From assembly GCA_034670305.1 (NCBI GenBank), contig JAXMNT010000067.1:1-36910 (forward strand): a stretch of 36,910 nt of DNA, given 5' to 3'. A program made the position numbers and the translations under genes. The notes under the pieces were generated by a model. It worked only from the letters and a program-made list of their open reading frames with translations, had not been told where the DNA came from and searched no databases. Shown piece by piece: positions 8,988-18,291 of this stretch; positions within the stretch are counted from its first letter, which is position 1, and the number at the start of each line of letters is the position of its first letter. The DNA comes from Deltaproteobacteria bacterium. Lineage in GTDB: Bacteria; Myxococcota_A; Polyangia; Polyangiales; Houyiibacteriaceae.

Positions 8988-10502
8988 CTAGCCGATCCAG
9001 GCGGGGGCCGGCAGGTGCGTGGACGTGGTTTCGGCCTCGCCCGCTTCGCCCACTTCTCCCATCAGCGTGCGTCGCAGCTGCTCGGCGGTCTCGACGGGCA
9101 CGTAGCCGAGCCGCAGCGTGGCGCCGCCGGTGACGACCAGCTGCAGATGCCGCACCTTCGCGAAGCGGTCGAAGGGCGTGGCGTAGAGCGTGACGCACTG
9201 CACGCGATCGAAGGGAACCCACGCGCGGTAGATGCCGAGGATGCCGAACCGCACCGCGAGGCAGCGCGCATCGGAGTCCACGAAGAACCCGAGTCGTCGG
9301 TGCGCGAGCAGGCCCGCGACGAGCGCCACCGTCGGCAACAGGGCGAGCACCGTGCCCGCGACGACCACCCGCCAACCGGCGTCCCCGCGAAGCAGCAGCG
9401 TGCCGGCCACCGCGCCCGCGAGCACCGTCGCGCGGAACGTCCAACGCCGCCACAGCGTGCCGGACGTGCGCGTATAGGGTGCGACTGGATCGACCCCCGG
9501 CACCACCAGCGGCACGATCGCTTCGGCGGCGGCGCGTGAGGTCGCGGGGATGAAAACGTCGACGCCGGTCTGCCGCGCCTTCGGGTCCAGCGCGCTGCCC
9601 GCGTTGTCGGCGCGCACCACGACCAGCCGCACCAGCCGGCGAAGCACCGACTGCTCGAGCCGGAGGATCTGCACGTAGCGTCGCGGCACCGCCTGCTCTT
9701 GCGTGGTGAGCAGTCCGTACTTTCGGCGGAACACCCCGTCGCGTTCGGTCAACGTGAAGCCCGCGAACTTCACCCACGTGAGCACGGCGCTGACGATCCA
9801 ACCGAGCGCCATGAACACGAAGACCGCGCCGGCGATGGCGACCACCGGACCCATGCGCGAGCCTTCCTGTTCGAGGTAGCGCAGCAGGACGATGAGCCCC
9901 TGCGCGCTTCGCTCGCGTCCGAACTCGGTCGCGGTGTTGAGCACGAGCAGCAGCGCCGCCACCACGAGCCCAGCCCGGTTGTTGGTGGCGCCGAGCAGCA
10001 GCAGTTCGAAGGGGCGGCTCCGGTGCAGCGGCGTTTCGTCGGCGACCGTCTCCGGCGCGCCCTTCTTTCCGAGCGCGGTGATGCGTTCGATCGCTTCGCG
10101 CAGGGTCTGCGCCTGGACAGGGGTGAGCGCATCGAGTTTCGCTTCGGCCCCGACGCTCGACGCGGTCTCTACCGAAACCGTCACCACACCGAGCACCCGG
10201 CGAAGCAGCGTGCGCGTCTGCGCGAGATCGTGGATGCGGTCGAGCTGGATGCGCCGCTCCCGCCGCACGAGCACCCCGCTCGTGATCTCCAGCGCTTCGT
10301 CGGTGAGTCGGTACCGAAAGCGAAGGTACTCGAGGATCGAGTACCCGATCGTGACCGCCGCGAGCGCCAGGTACAGCCCCGCCTCGACCGAACGCTGGTA
10401 CAGCATCACCGCGAGCAAGAGCCCGATCTGCGGCACCTGGTCCGAGATCCGGAGCACGATCGAGCGCGGATCCAACCGACCTTCGACAAGCACCTCCGCC
10501 AT
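8988..10502 (-). CDS. YdbT-like membrane protein with bacterial PH (bPH_2) domains (504 aa)
   Basis: [32 protein letters not shown]...[17 protein letters not shown], with two more such units separated by TM pairs. It lies downstream of a YdbS-like gene. Confidence 0.88.
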   Translation of the reverse strand: MAEVLVEGRLDPRSIVLRISDQVPQIGLLLAVMLYQRSVEAGLYLALAAVTIGYSILEYLRFRYRLTDEALEITSGVLVRRERRIQLDRIHDLAQTRTLLRRVLGVVTVSVETASSVGAEAKLDALTPVQAQTLREAIERITALGKKGAPETVADETPLHRSRPFELLLLGATNNRAGLVVAALLLVLNTATEFGRERSAQGLIVLLRYLEQEGSRMGPVVAIAGAVFVFMALGWIVSAVLTWVKFAGFTLTERDGVFRRKYGLLTTQEQAVPRRYVQILRLEQSVLRRLVRLVVVRADNAGSALDPKARQTGVDVFIPATSRAAAEAIVPLVVPGVDPVAPYTRTSGTLWRRWTFRATVLAGAVAGTLLLRGDAGWRVVVAGTVLALLPTVALVAGLLAHRRLGFFVDSDARCLAVRFGILGIYRAWVPFDRVQCVTLYATPFDRFAKVRHLQLVVTGGATLRLGYVPVETAEQLRRTLMGEVGEAGEAETTSTHLPAPAWIG

Positions 10503-10513
10503 CGCCCGCGCCC

Positions 10514-11494
10514 CTAGGTCTTCCCCCACCGGTCCGCGAGCGGCGAGACGGGTTCGGTTTCGGCAGCGGTTTCGGCAGCGGTTTCGGCTTCGGTTTCGGC
10601 TTCGGCTTCGGTTTCGGTTTCGGCTTCGGCTTCGGCTTCGGCTTCGGGATCGGCTTCGGTTTCGGCTTCGGCTTCGGTTTCGGCTTCGGCTTCGGGATCG
10701 GCTTCGGTTTCGGCTTCGGCTTCGGTTTCGGCTTCGGTTTCGGCTTCGGCTTCGGCTTCGGGGTCGGTTTCGGCTTCGGCTTCGGCTTCGGCTTCGGAAT
10801 CGGGCGAGGGTACGCCAGCAGCATCGGGCAAGGGCAAGGGCACGGGCACGGCATCCGCCCCCGCATCGCGCACGGCCACCTCCGGCGCGCCCCATCGATC
10901 CTCGTCGGACAGCGGCGCCTGTTCCTCCGCACTCGGCAGCGCCCCCGCCCCCGCCGCAGCCTCGATCGGCTGCGCGGCTTCCGCCGGCTCCCCGTCGATG
11001 CCCGCCTGCGAGATCAGCCGCGCTCGAAGTGCCACCGCCACCTCATCCGCCAGCCCAGGAAGTTCAAAGGTCGCCGCGCGTCCGCCGGCGGTGAACACCT
11101 TGAGGTGCGCGAGCCCGAACCACCGCTCGATCGGCCCGCGCTCGACGTCGAGGTGCTGCATGCGCTGCACCGGAATCGACTTCTCGCGGTGAAACACGAT
11201 GCCCTGTTTGACGTGCAGCACTCCGTCCGCGAGCCGGTACCAAAACCGCCGGTACCGCATCCCGCTCGTGACGATGGTCCAGAGGCTGGTCACGAGCGCG
11301 AACAGGCCGACCGCTCCGATCAGCCCCCAGCTCAGCTCCGCGGATTCCTCCTCGCGCAGCCAGATGGGCACGAGCGATGCCACGGCGACGATGATCAGGA
11401 GCAGCACCCGCGGAAGCGCCGCCAGGCGCCAGTAGGTGACCACCCGGCGGTCGAGTTGCACGAAGTCGGGGTGCGGGAGGGGAGAAGGTTCCAA
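10514..11494 (-). CDS. YdbS-like membrane protein (bPH_2) with a long acidic repeat-derived C-terminal tail
   Basis: YRRFWYRL...[45 protein letters not shown] after two TM helices; tail of (EA/ET)n. The TTG start at 11494 is inferred. Confidence 0.85.
   Translation of the reverse strand: MEPSPLPHPDFVQLDRRVVTYWRLAALPRVLLLIIVAVASLVPIWLREEESAELSWGLIGAVGLFALVTSLWTIVTSGMRYRRFWYRLADGVLHVKQGIVFHREKSIPVQRMQHLDVERGPIERWFGLAHLKVFTAGGRAATFELPGLADEVAVALRARLISQAGIDGEPAEAAQPIEAAAGAGALPSAEEQAPLSDEDRWGAPEVAVRDAGADAVPVPLPLPDAAGVPSPDSEAEAEAEAETDPEAEAEAETEAETEAEAETEADPEAEAETEAEAETEADPEAEAEAEAETETEAEAETEAETAAETAAETEPVSPLADRWGKT
10551..10853 (-). repeat. Composite microsatellite: short (GCCCTT/GCCCGT)n then about 40 copies of GCCGAA/ACCGAA, read on the minus strand
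   Basis: The plus strand shows (CGGCTT/CGGTTT)n at 10551-10803 and GGGCAAGGGCAAGGGCACGGGCAC at 10826-10849. Confidence 0.95.
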
Positions 11495-11584
11495 GTGGTC
11501 CGAACGTAGTAGAGTGCCTCGGGTACGGCGAGTCGAGCCCGACCGCCGATCCAACCACCGTTTCTTTCCTCGGAGTCCGTTCGA

Positions 11585-12376
<792 letters not shown>

Positions 12377-12445
12377 GGTTCGTTGCCCGCGTCAGGCGCG
12401 TGCGCGCCAGCGGACCAGCAGCTCGTCAAGGTTGACGACTCGACG

Positions 12446-12829
12446 TCAGCTCCGGGCGCGCGCGGCGACGAGCCCCATCGCCTTGTCGCTCCCGTGCGCG
12501 GTGACCTTGGCCACCCAGCTCAGCCGGTGGATGCCGCGTTCCCGCGCCCACACGTACGAGTCCCCGCGCGTGAACCAGAACGCGTAGTGGAGCTCCACCT
12601 GGCCGTGCTCGTCGTCCATCTCCGAGACCGAGTAACCAACCCCTTCGGTCCGGTCCGGCCGATTCGGTGCGCGGCCCTGCGAGGCGTGTTCGCGACCGGA
12701 CGGGAACACCAGCTCTACGTCGGATTCGGAGAGGTCCGGATCGAGGGCCCGAAAGAGCGGCAGGAGCGACGGCCCAATCTGCTCGAAGGCAGCGCCGACG
12801 ATGCGGTGACGGACCTGAATGGTGCGCAT
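12446..12829 (-). CDS. Hypothetical protein (127 aa)
   Basis: ATG at 12829 with TACACT 8 nt upstream and ordinary globular composition. The upstream in-frame extension is only repeat sequence. Confidence 0.6.
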   Translation of the reverse strand: MRTIQVRHRIVGAAFEQIGPSLLPLFRALDPDLSESDVELVFPSGREHASQGRAPNRPDRTEGVGYSVSEMDDEHGQVELHYAFWFTRGDSYVWARERGIHRLSWVAKVTAHGSDKAMGLVAARARS

Positions 12830-12865
12830 GGGGTGGAAGTGTAGAGCACAGGCCCGTGCCCGTTG

Positions 12866-13064
12866 GCCTTGCCCGTAGCCCTTCTTGCCCTTGCCCTTGC
12901 CCTTGCCCTTGCCCTTGCCCGTGCGGTTCGAAGCCGAAGCCGATCCCGAAGCCGAAGCCGAAGCCGAATCCGAAGCCGAAGCCGAAGCCGAAGCCGAATC
13001 CGATCCCGAAGCCGAAGCCGAAGCCGAATCCGATCCCGAAGCCGAAGCCGAATCCGAACGCCGA
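12866..13064 (+). repeat. Composite microsatellite: (GCCCTT)n at 12866-12920 then (GCCGAA/TCCGAT)n at 12929-13064
   Basis: Directly visible hexamer arrays with the same order of units as the 10551-10853 tract, but on the opposite strand. Confidence 0.95.
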
Positions 13065-13081
13065 CCCCCATCTGCCGGTCT

Positions 13082-13143
13082 GCGCCCCTTCTCGCGGAGG
13101 TTGGCTGGCCCGATGGATGGTCCAGCGTAGCTGTCGGCGGGGC
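13082..13143 (+). repeat. Conserved-core dispersed repeat, copy 1 (direct repeat of 22625-22685)
   Basis: GCGCCCCTTCTCG (13 nt identical) plus TGGCCCGATGGATGGTCCAGCGTAGC-N-GTCGGCGGGGC (37/38 identical to 22648-22685). Confidence 0.9.
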
Positions 13144-13235
13144 GGCGCCTCAAGGAGGCCTTCGGCCCGGCGCCTTCGCGCCGCTTCGCTGGCGCGCTTC
13201 GCGCTTGCTCGTCCTTGACCCGCCACCCCGCCGAC
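13133..13235 (+). other. Multibranch hairpin (REP-like or structured leader RNA) upstream of the four-helix-bundle gene
   Basis: GTCGGCGGGGCGGCG (13133-13147) pairs with CGCCACCCCGCCGAC (13221-13235), and TCAAGGA (13150-13156) pairs with TCCTTGA (13212-13218). The interior holds several CTTCG-capped hairpins. Confidence 0.65.
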
Positions 13236-13297
13236 CACTGGGGGCGCTGCGCGCCCTCGGGCGAGTTCACGCTCGGCGTACACAAGGCAGGTTCTCG

Positions 13298-13609
13298 ATG
13301 CTGGTATTCGACAAGTCGCTTCTCCTTCTCTCGCTTCTCGTCCGTGAGGTCTTGCCTCGCATTCGCGAGGCCTCGCTGAAGTCGCAGCTGCGGCGGGCCG
13401 CGCAGGCTGTTCCTCTACTGATTGCGGAGTCTCGGAGTGCGCGGGGTGCGAGGAACCCGGATGGGTTCTCGCGGGCGCTTGGCGAAGCGCGCGAGGTAAA
13501 GGCCGCCCTGCAGGTCGCGGCGGTCATGGGGTACGTCGAGGCGGGGGCGGACGTGTACGACCTCGCGGACCACGTCTGCGCGATGTTGTTCAAGCTGAGT
13601 CGGTCGTAG
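13298..13609 (+). CDS. Four-helix-bundle protein (23S rRNA IVP / Avd-like family, 103 aa)
   Basis: LKSQLRRAAQAVPLLIAES...FSRALGEAREVKAALQVA...DHVCAMLFKL matches the family pattern 'L.dQlrRAa.Sv.lNiAEG...f..A.GSa.Ev...L..a'. The SxxxNIAEG and GS positions are diverged. Confidence 0.82.
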   Translation: MLVFDKSLLLLSLLVREVLPRIREASLKSQLRRAAQAVPLLIAESRSARGARNPDGFSRALGEAREVKAALQVAAVMGYVEAGADVYDLADHVCAMLFKLSRS

Positions 13610-13721
13610 GCGACGTGGGCGGTGCGTCTCTGGACGCACCGCCCTATTCCCATCCCGTCGACGCTGGTTTCCGATTTTTGGGGATCCGTAGATCTCGTCG
13701 CGCGTATACCCTCGCCGACCC

Positions 13722-16274
13722 GTGGTTGATCCCGTCCGACTGCACCGCTTCGATGGCCTAGACCGCTACGCGGTGGTCTCCGTTGAACCGGCGAGCGATC
13801 CGTCTCAGCGCATGGTGCGGGTGGCGCGCGGACCGAGCTCCTCGAAGCTGACGGGCGGTTCGACCTTCGGACCCTATCCGGCGGCCGAGGTCCAGCAGCC
13901 GTTCGGGCTCGCGGTGCAGCAGCTGCTGGACGAAGGGTTCTCGAAGATCATTCCTGGTTGGGACTTGATCGCGCAGCTCGACTCCGGGGCCCCGTCCGAG
14001 CGGGCGCGCGCGGCGGTGCGCATCGGCTGGCGTCGACGCGACGACGTGGTGCCGAAGCTGCTCGCGTTGGCCGAGTCCGCGTTTGCCGCCAACCGCGGCG
14101 AGGTGTGTTCGTTCGTGGACGCCCTCGGCCTCATCGGCGACAAGCGCGCCATCGATCTCGCGCGCCGGATGGCCGAACGGAAGAACCTCTCCCGCCGCCG
14201 TTCGGGGGTGGAGGCGCTCCGCAACCTCGGCGACACCGAAGGGCTCGCGCTCGCGCGGCAGCGCGGATTCGACCGGCTGCCGCCGACCGTCAAGACGGTC
14301 ATGGCGGATCTCGACGAGACGAGCGAACAAAGCGCGCAGCTCAAGACGTTGCTCGACGCCGTGCGCGGCTGCGATGCGCGCCGGTTCGGGTTGATCGCCG
14401 ACGTGCTCTACGAAGCGGGCACACCCGTCACGGTCGCTGCCGCGCGCCGGGTACTGACCTTCAGCAAACTCGGCCGGCCGCACATCTGGCGCTACGCCAA
14501 GAGCGTGCTCCGTCGGGCGATGCTCCGCCGCGACGTGAAGACCTTCGGCTACATCGCACACGCGGTCGAACTCGAGAGCCGCGGCAACAAGGGCACCACC
14601 GCGTTGCTCAAGTCGGGACTCGACGGGCAGAAGAAACACCTCTCGGTCTTCCGGGTCGACACGCAGGAGTACGTCAAACGCGCGTGCTGGCGATTCCTCC
14701 GCGACCTCGCGGTTTGGGAACCTCAGAAGTACGCCCGCGCCTGCGCTGAAGTGCTCGTGCACTACACCACCCAGGACGTGCAGATGCCGAAGGGCTTCGT
14801 GCCCGCGACGGGCCGCGCGTACCTGCTCGGGCGCATCGTGCGCGGCAAGAGCAAGCGCATGAAGCTGCGCGGCACCATCTGGCGCTACCGCAACCACGCG
14901 TCGACCAAGCCGCCGCCGGCTGGCGTGCGCGAAGAGTCGTATCCGGAGCTCTGGGATGCGGGCCGCGAGGCGTATCTGCGGGTGCTCAGCGGCGCGAAGC
15001 TGCCCGAGGTGTTCGCCTTTGGTTTTCAGGGGCTGTTGCGGCACCCCGACATCCTCGAACACGCGACCACCAAGCAGCTCGTGCAGTTGCTCGAGACCGA
15101 TCCATCCATGACCGCGGGCACCCCGCTCGTCGATTTGGTCGTGAAGGAACTCGACCGCCGCTTCGACCCCGCGAAGCCTGATCTGAAGTTGCTCTTTCGT
15201 TTCGCCGCGAGTCCTTCGAGCAGCCGGCCCGAGGTGCGCAAGGTGCTGGTCGGCTGGATCGATCGCAGCGTTTCGTTCTGGTCGAAGGACGAACAGGCGG
15301 TGTTCTCGCTGCCGCTCGCGGTCGATGGTGCGGTGCGCGCTGCGGTTGTCGAAGCCCTCTCCAGAAGTTTCGAAGGGGACGCGGCGCTGCGGGCGGCGTA
15401 CGCGCCGGGCTTCCTCGCCATCCTCCAGAAGCCGGAAGCGACGCCCGGACAGTACGCGGCGTTCGCTGCGATCGCGCGCCGCTCGCTGCTCGCCGAACTC
15501 GGCGCGAAGCTCGACATGGACGCGCTGATGACCTGGCTCGACGAAGGTTCGTCGAGCGGCCGTTCGGTCGCGGGTGCGATCCTCGGCATTCGACCCGGCG
15601 CGCTGCAAGCGCTCGGCATGGAACGCATCGTCGCCATGGCGGACGACGAGATCGCCGCAGTGCGTGGCGCGGCGCACGCGCTCCTGCGCTCGGCGCTCGA
15701 TCAGCTGCGCGAGGATCCGTCGGTGCTCTTCGCGCTCGCGGAGTCGATCTGGGACGACACCCGCAAGGTGGTCTTCCAGCTGCTCACCGACGAGATCGAT
15801 CTCATCGCGCTCGGGCTGCCGGGGCTCATCGGGCTGTGCGACTCGAGCGATCCCGTGGTCGAAGCGCTGGGCCGCGAGCTGGTGGTGAAACACTTCGATG
15901 CGCTCGACGCCGAAGAGGTCCTCTACCGCCTGAGCGAACACCCGAGCCAGAAGATGCAGGCGTTCGCCCTCGGGCTCATCCGGGACCATCTGCGCCCGGG
16001 CTACATCCCGCTCGCGCGCCTCGAAGGGTTCTTCCGCGCGGTGCTCTTCGATGTGTCTCCGTCGCGTCCCATCAAAGACGGCGTGCTCGGCCTGCTCCTT
16101 CACCGGGGCCGGATCGAAGAACGGCAGGCGGAGTTCGCCGCGCAGATCCTCGGGGACCTGCTCCGCACCCACACCCAGTACGACTTCGACTACGTCGCGT
16201 CCGCGCTCGCCCAGCTCCAGACGCTCCATCCTTCCGTGTCCACCGACCTTCAGCTCAAGAAGGCCAGCGCATGA
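13722..16274 (+). CDS. Retron-associated HEAT/ARM-repeat protein with a divergent WGR-like N-terminus (850 aa)
   Basis: HEAT-like units (SERARAAVRIG, RRRSGVEALRNLGD, AVRGAAHALL, SIWDDTRKVVFQLL). The N-terminal beta-rich segment ends PFGLAVQQLLDEGFS, like the WGR C-terminal helix. Its stop overlaps the next start (ATGA). Confidence 0.8.
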   Translation: MVDPVRLHRFDGLDRYAVVSVEPASDPSQRMVRVARGPSSSKLTGGSTFGPYPAAEVQQPFGLAVQQLLDEGFSKIIPGWDLIAQLDSGAPSERARAAVRIGWRRRDDVVPKLLALAESAFAANRGEVCSFVDALGLIGDKRAIDLARRMAERKNLSRRRSGVEALRNLGDTEGLALARQRGFDRLPPTVKTVMADLDETSEQSAQLKTLLDAVRGCDARRFGLIADVLYEAGTPVTVAAARRVLTFSKLGRPHIWRYAKSVLRRAMLRRDVKTFGYIAHAVELESRGNKGTTALLKSGLDGQKKHLSVFRVDTQEYVKRACWRFLRDLAVWEPQKYARACAEVLVHYTTQDVQMPKGFVPATGRAYLLGRIVRGKSKRMKLRGTIWRYRNHASTKPPPAGVREESYPELWDAGREAYLRVLSGAKLPEVFAFGFQGLLRHPDILEHATTKQLVQLLETDPSMTAGTPLVDLVVKELDRRFDPAKPDLKLLFRFAASPSSSRPEVRKVLVGWIDRSVSFWSKDEQAVFSLPLAVDGAVRAAVVEALSRSFEGDAALRAAYAPGFLAILQKPEATPGQYAAFAAIARRSLLAELGAKLDMDALMTWLDEGSSSGRSVAGAILGIRPGALQALGMERIVAMADDEIAAVRGAAHALLRSALDQLREDPSVLFALAESIWDDTRKVVFQLLTDEIDLIALGLPGLIGLCDSSDPVVEALGRELVVKHFDALDAEEVLYRLSEHPSQKMQAFALGLIRDHLRPGYIPLARLEGFFRAVLFDVSPSRPIKDGVLGLLLHRGRIEERQAEFAAQILGDLLRTHTQYDFDYVASALAQLQTLHPSVSTDLQLKKASA

Positions 16275-17962
16275 AGGTCCAGTTCAAGTACGCCGGCAGC
16301 TCCGGCATCGTCAGCGATCTCTCGAAGTCGCGGGTCGCGTTCGCGACCAACATGCTGCGCGAGCCGAGCTACCTCGAAGCGCAGCTCGCCCGCCCCCTCA
16401 TCGCCCGCGAGGGACTGGCCGCCCTGCATGCGGTGGTGGTCAGCGACTTCAAGTACCGGCCCAAAGACCGGCTCGAGTTCCAGGCCTGGCTCGAAGAGCA
16501 GGACCGGAAGTTCCTCGCGTCGCTCGCGCTCAAGAGCGACGACATCCGCCAGCGGATCGAAGCCAAAGAAGCGCGCCTCGAGGAGCTGCGCGCGCTGCGG
16601 CGCCAGCGCCGCAAACCGTTCATCGACGCCCGCCGCAAATACTTCGAGTACGTCTACGAGAACCAGTACGAGCTCGACTACTTGCTCGACCCGGTCATCA
16701 CGATCCACCCGGACGAGATCGCGTTCGAAGCGTTCAGTCTGGACGAGTCGAGCTATGGGCGACTCGCGCTCAAGTACGATCTGTTCAAGAAGATCGACTC
16801 GTTCGAGTGCGGCACGACGAATGTCGACTTCTCCGCGCGCCTCGCCCAACACGTGGCGCGGCTCCGCAGTTACCGCGACACCCGCTTCGATGTCTCGCCG
16901 AGTGGGTTCACGATCGCGAGCGACGACGTCGCGCACAAAGAGAAGAAGATCGATCTGCCCGAGTCCTGGGTGAAGGGCTTTCACCAGGTCCAGAGCGTGA
17001 TGGCGATGAGCCTCGACCGGCTGCGTCTGGCGCCGATCGATCTGTTCAACCTCATCCGCCACGTGAAGCGCTACAAAGCGCGGACCTCGCCGCGCGCGCT
17101 TCGGTGGGAGCTCACGCCCGGGCAGCCGGCGTGTGTGGTCTTCGAACCCTGGGAGCACAAGATCCAGCTCTCCCCGACGGCGGTCTACGAAGGCCCGAAG
17201 CCGGTGAAGATCCGGACCTGGGGCCGGCGCCGGCTGCTGGTGCTCGAGCGGCTTCTGCACCGATGTGAGAAGGTCGATGTGTTCTTGGCCGGCCACGGCT
17301 TGCCCACCATCTACGTGTGCGACCTCGGCGACGCGACCTTCACGCTCGGCCTGAGCGGCTGGACCGACAACGACTGGACCGGCACGAGCCCGTTCTCGCT
17401 GCTCGAACAGAAGATGGACGTCGACGCGGACGCGCTCAGCACGACCTACCACGGCCTGCGCGAACCCCGGTACGCGACCGCACAGGCGCTCGCGGATCAG
17501 ACGGGCCTCGGGCTCGAGACCACCCGCAGCTCGCTCTCGCTGCTCTGTCAGGCGGGGCGCGCGATGTTCGACCTCGGCGGCGGCGTGTACCGCCACCGCG
17601 ATCTCTTTCACTTCCCCTTCGACGCGAAGAAGGAAGTGGTGAAGCTCAAGAAGCAGGCCGAGGACGACAACCCGAAGGCGAAAGAGGCGCGGAAGATCTT
17701 CGAAGCCGGCGACGCCCGCATCATCGCGCGGCGCCCGCTCATGGGTCAGGCCGACAAACCGGGCTTCAAGCTCAGCGGTTCGGTGCGCGGCAGCGAAGGT
17801 CGGATGCGTCCGCAGCTGCACGTCGCCGACGACGGCTCGATCATCAGCGCGAAGTGCACCTGCACGTACTACAAGAAGTTCAAGCTCACCAAAGGCCCGT
17901 GCGAACACGTACTGGCCCTCCGGCTCGCCCACATGGAACGGCTGGAAGGGGAGGGCGCATGA
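16271..17962 (+). CDS. Retron-associated SWIM zinc-finger protein (563 aa)
   Basis: C-terminal CTC-x12-CEH (AKCTCTYYKKFKLTKGPCEHVLAL); DPVITIHPDEIAFEAFSLDESSYGRL and GTTNVDFS blocks; possible HTH near AQALADQTGLGLETTRSSLSLL; ATGA coupling with the upstream gene. Confidence 0.88.
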   Translation: MKVQFKYAGSSGIVSDLSKSRVAFATNMLREPSYLEAQLARPLIAREGLAALHAVVVSDFKYRPKDRLEFQAWLEEQDRKFLASLALKSDDIRQRIEAKEARLEELRALRRQRRKPFIDARRKYFEYVYENQYELDYLLDPVITIHPDEIAFEAFSLDESSYGRLALKYDLFKKIDSFECGTTNVDFSARLAQHVARLRSYRDTRFDVSPSGFTIASDDVAHKEKKIDLPESWVKGFHQVQSVMAMSLDRLRLAPIDLFNLIRHVKRYKARTSPRALRWELTPGQPACVVFEPWEHKIQLSPTAVYEGPKPVKIRTWGRRRLLVLERLLHRCEKVDVFLAGHGLPTIYVCDLGDATFTLGLSGWTDNDWTGTSPFSLLEQKMDVDADALSTTYHGLREPRYATAQALADQTGLGLETTRSSLSLLCQAGRAMFDLGGGVYRHRDLFHFPFDAKKEVVKLKKQAEDDNPKAKEARKIFEAGDARIIARRPLMGQADKPGFKLSGSVRGSEGRMRPQLHVADDGSIISAKCTCTYYKKFKLTKGPCEHVLALRLAHMERLEGEGA

Positions 17963-18015
17963 TCCCTGTTCAGCAGCCCACTCGGAAGGAGGCGCGCACG
18001 ATCGAGTAGCGACCA

Positions 18016-18269
18016 GTTCGAAGGATCGGGAGGACGTGTCGGCGGGAGCCGTTTAGCAACCCGCGTGGCGTTACGCCGCGCATGCCCCATCGCACGTCAA
18101 CCGTCACGAGTCCGTTCGTCACCACGGGAGCAAGCGCCCCCAGGCCCATTGCTGGTTTGAGACCTCCGGTCTCCTGGGCCGGCGGGGGCGCCTGCTCCCA
18201 TTCAGTGGAACGGCCTCGTCGCAGAGAGAGCGTAGACAACTGTCGACACGTCCTCCGGATCCTTCGAAC
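18016..18269 (+). ncRNA. Retron msr-msd non-coding RNA
   Basis: a1/a2 inverted repeats at 18016-18043 and 18242-18269 (26/28 Watson-Crick, 1 G-U, 1 mismatch); msr stem-loop at 18063-18081; long msd hairpin at 18106-18219. It ends 22 nt before the RT start. Confidence 0.88.
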
Positions 18270-18291
18270 CCGCGCTCACGCGCAACACCCC

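Noticed and set aside
13157-13200. CTTCGGC in the structured leader as a telomerase-like template for the (GCCGAA)n tracts
   Set aside because: Complementarity is only about one unit and is explained by ordinary C(UUCG)G tetraloops. There is no 1.5-unit template and no evidence linking it to the RT.
17969-17978. TTCAGCAGCC match to the IS terminal repeat just upstream of the retron ncRNA
   Set aside because: Only 10 nt, lacking the terminal TG-CTAG, and compatible with chance.
18082-18291. 70-aa N-terminal extension of the RT given in the ORF track
   Set aside because: It overlaps the msd hairpin and the a1/a2 arm. Protein-like sequence begins at ATG 18292.
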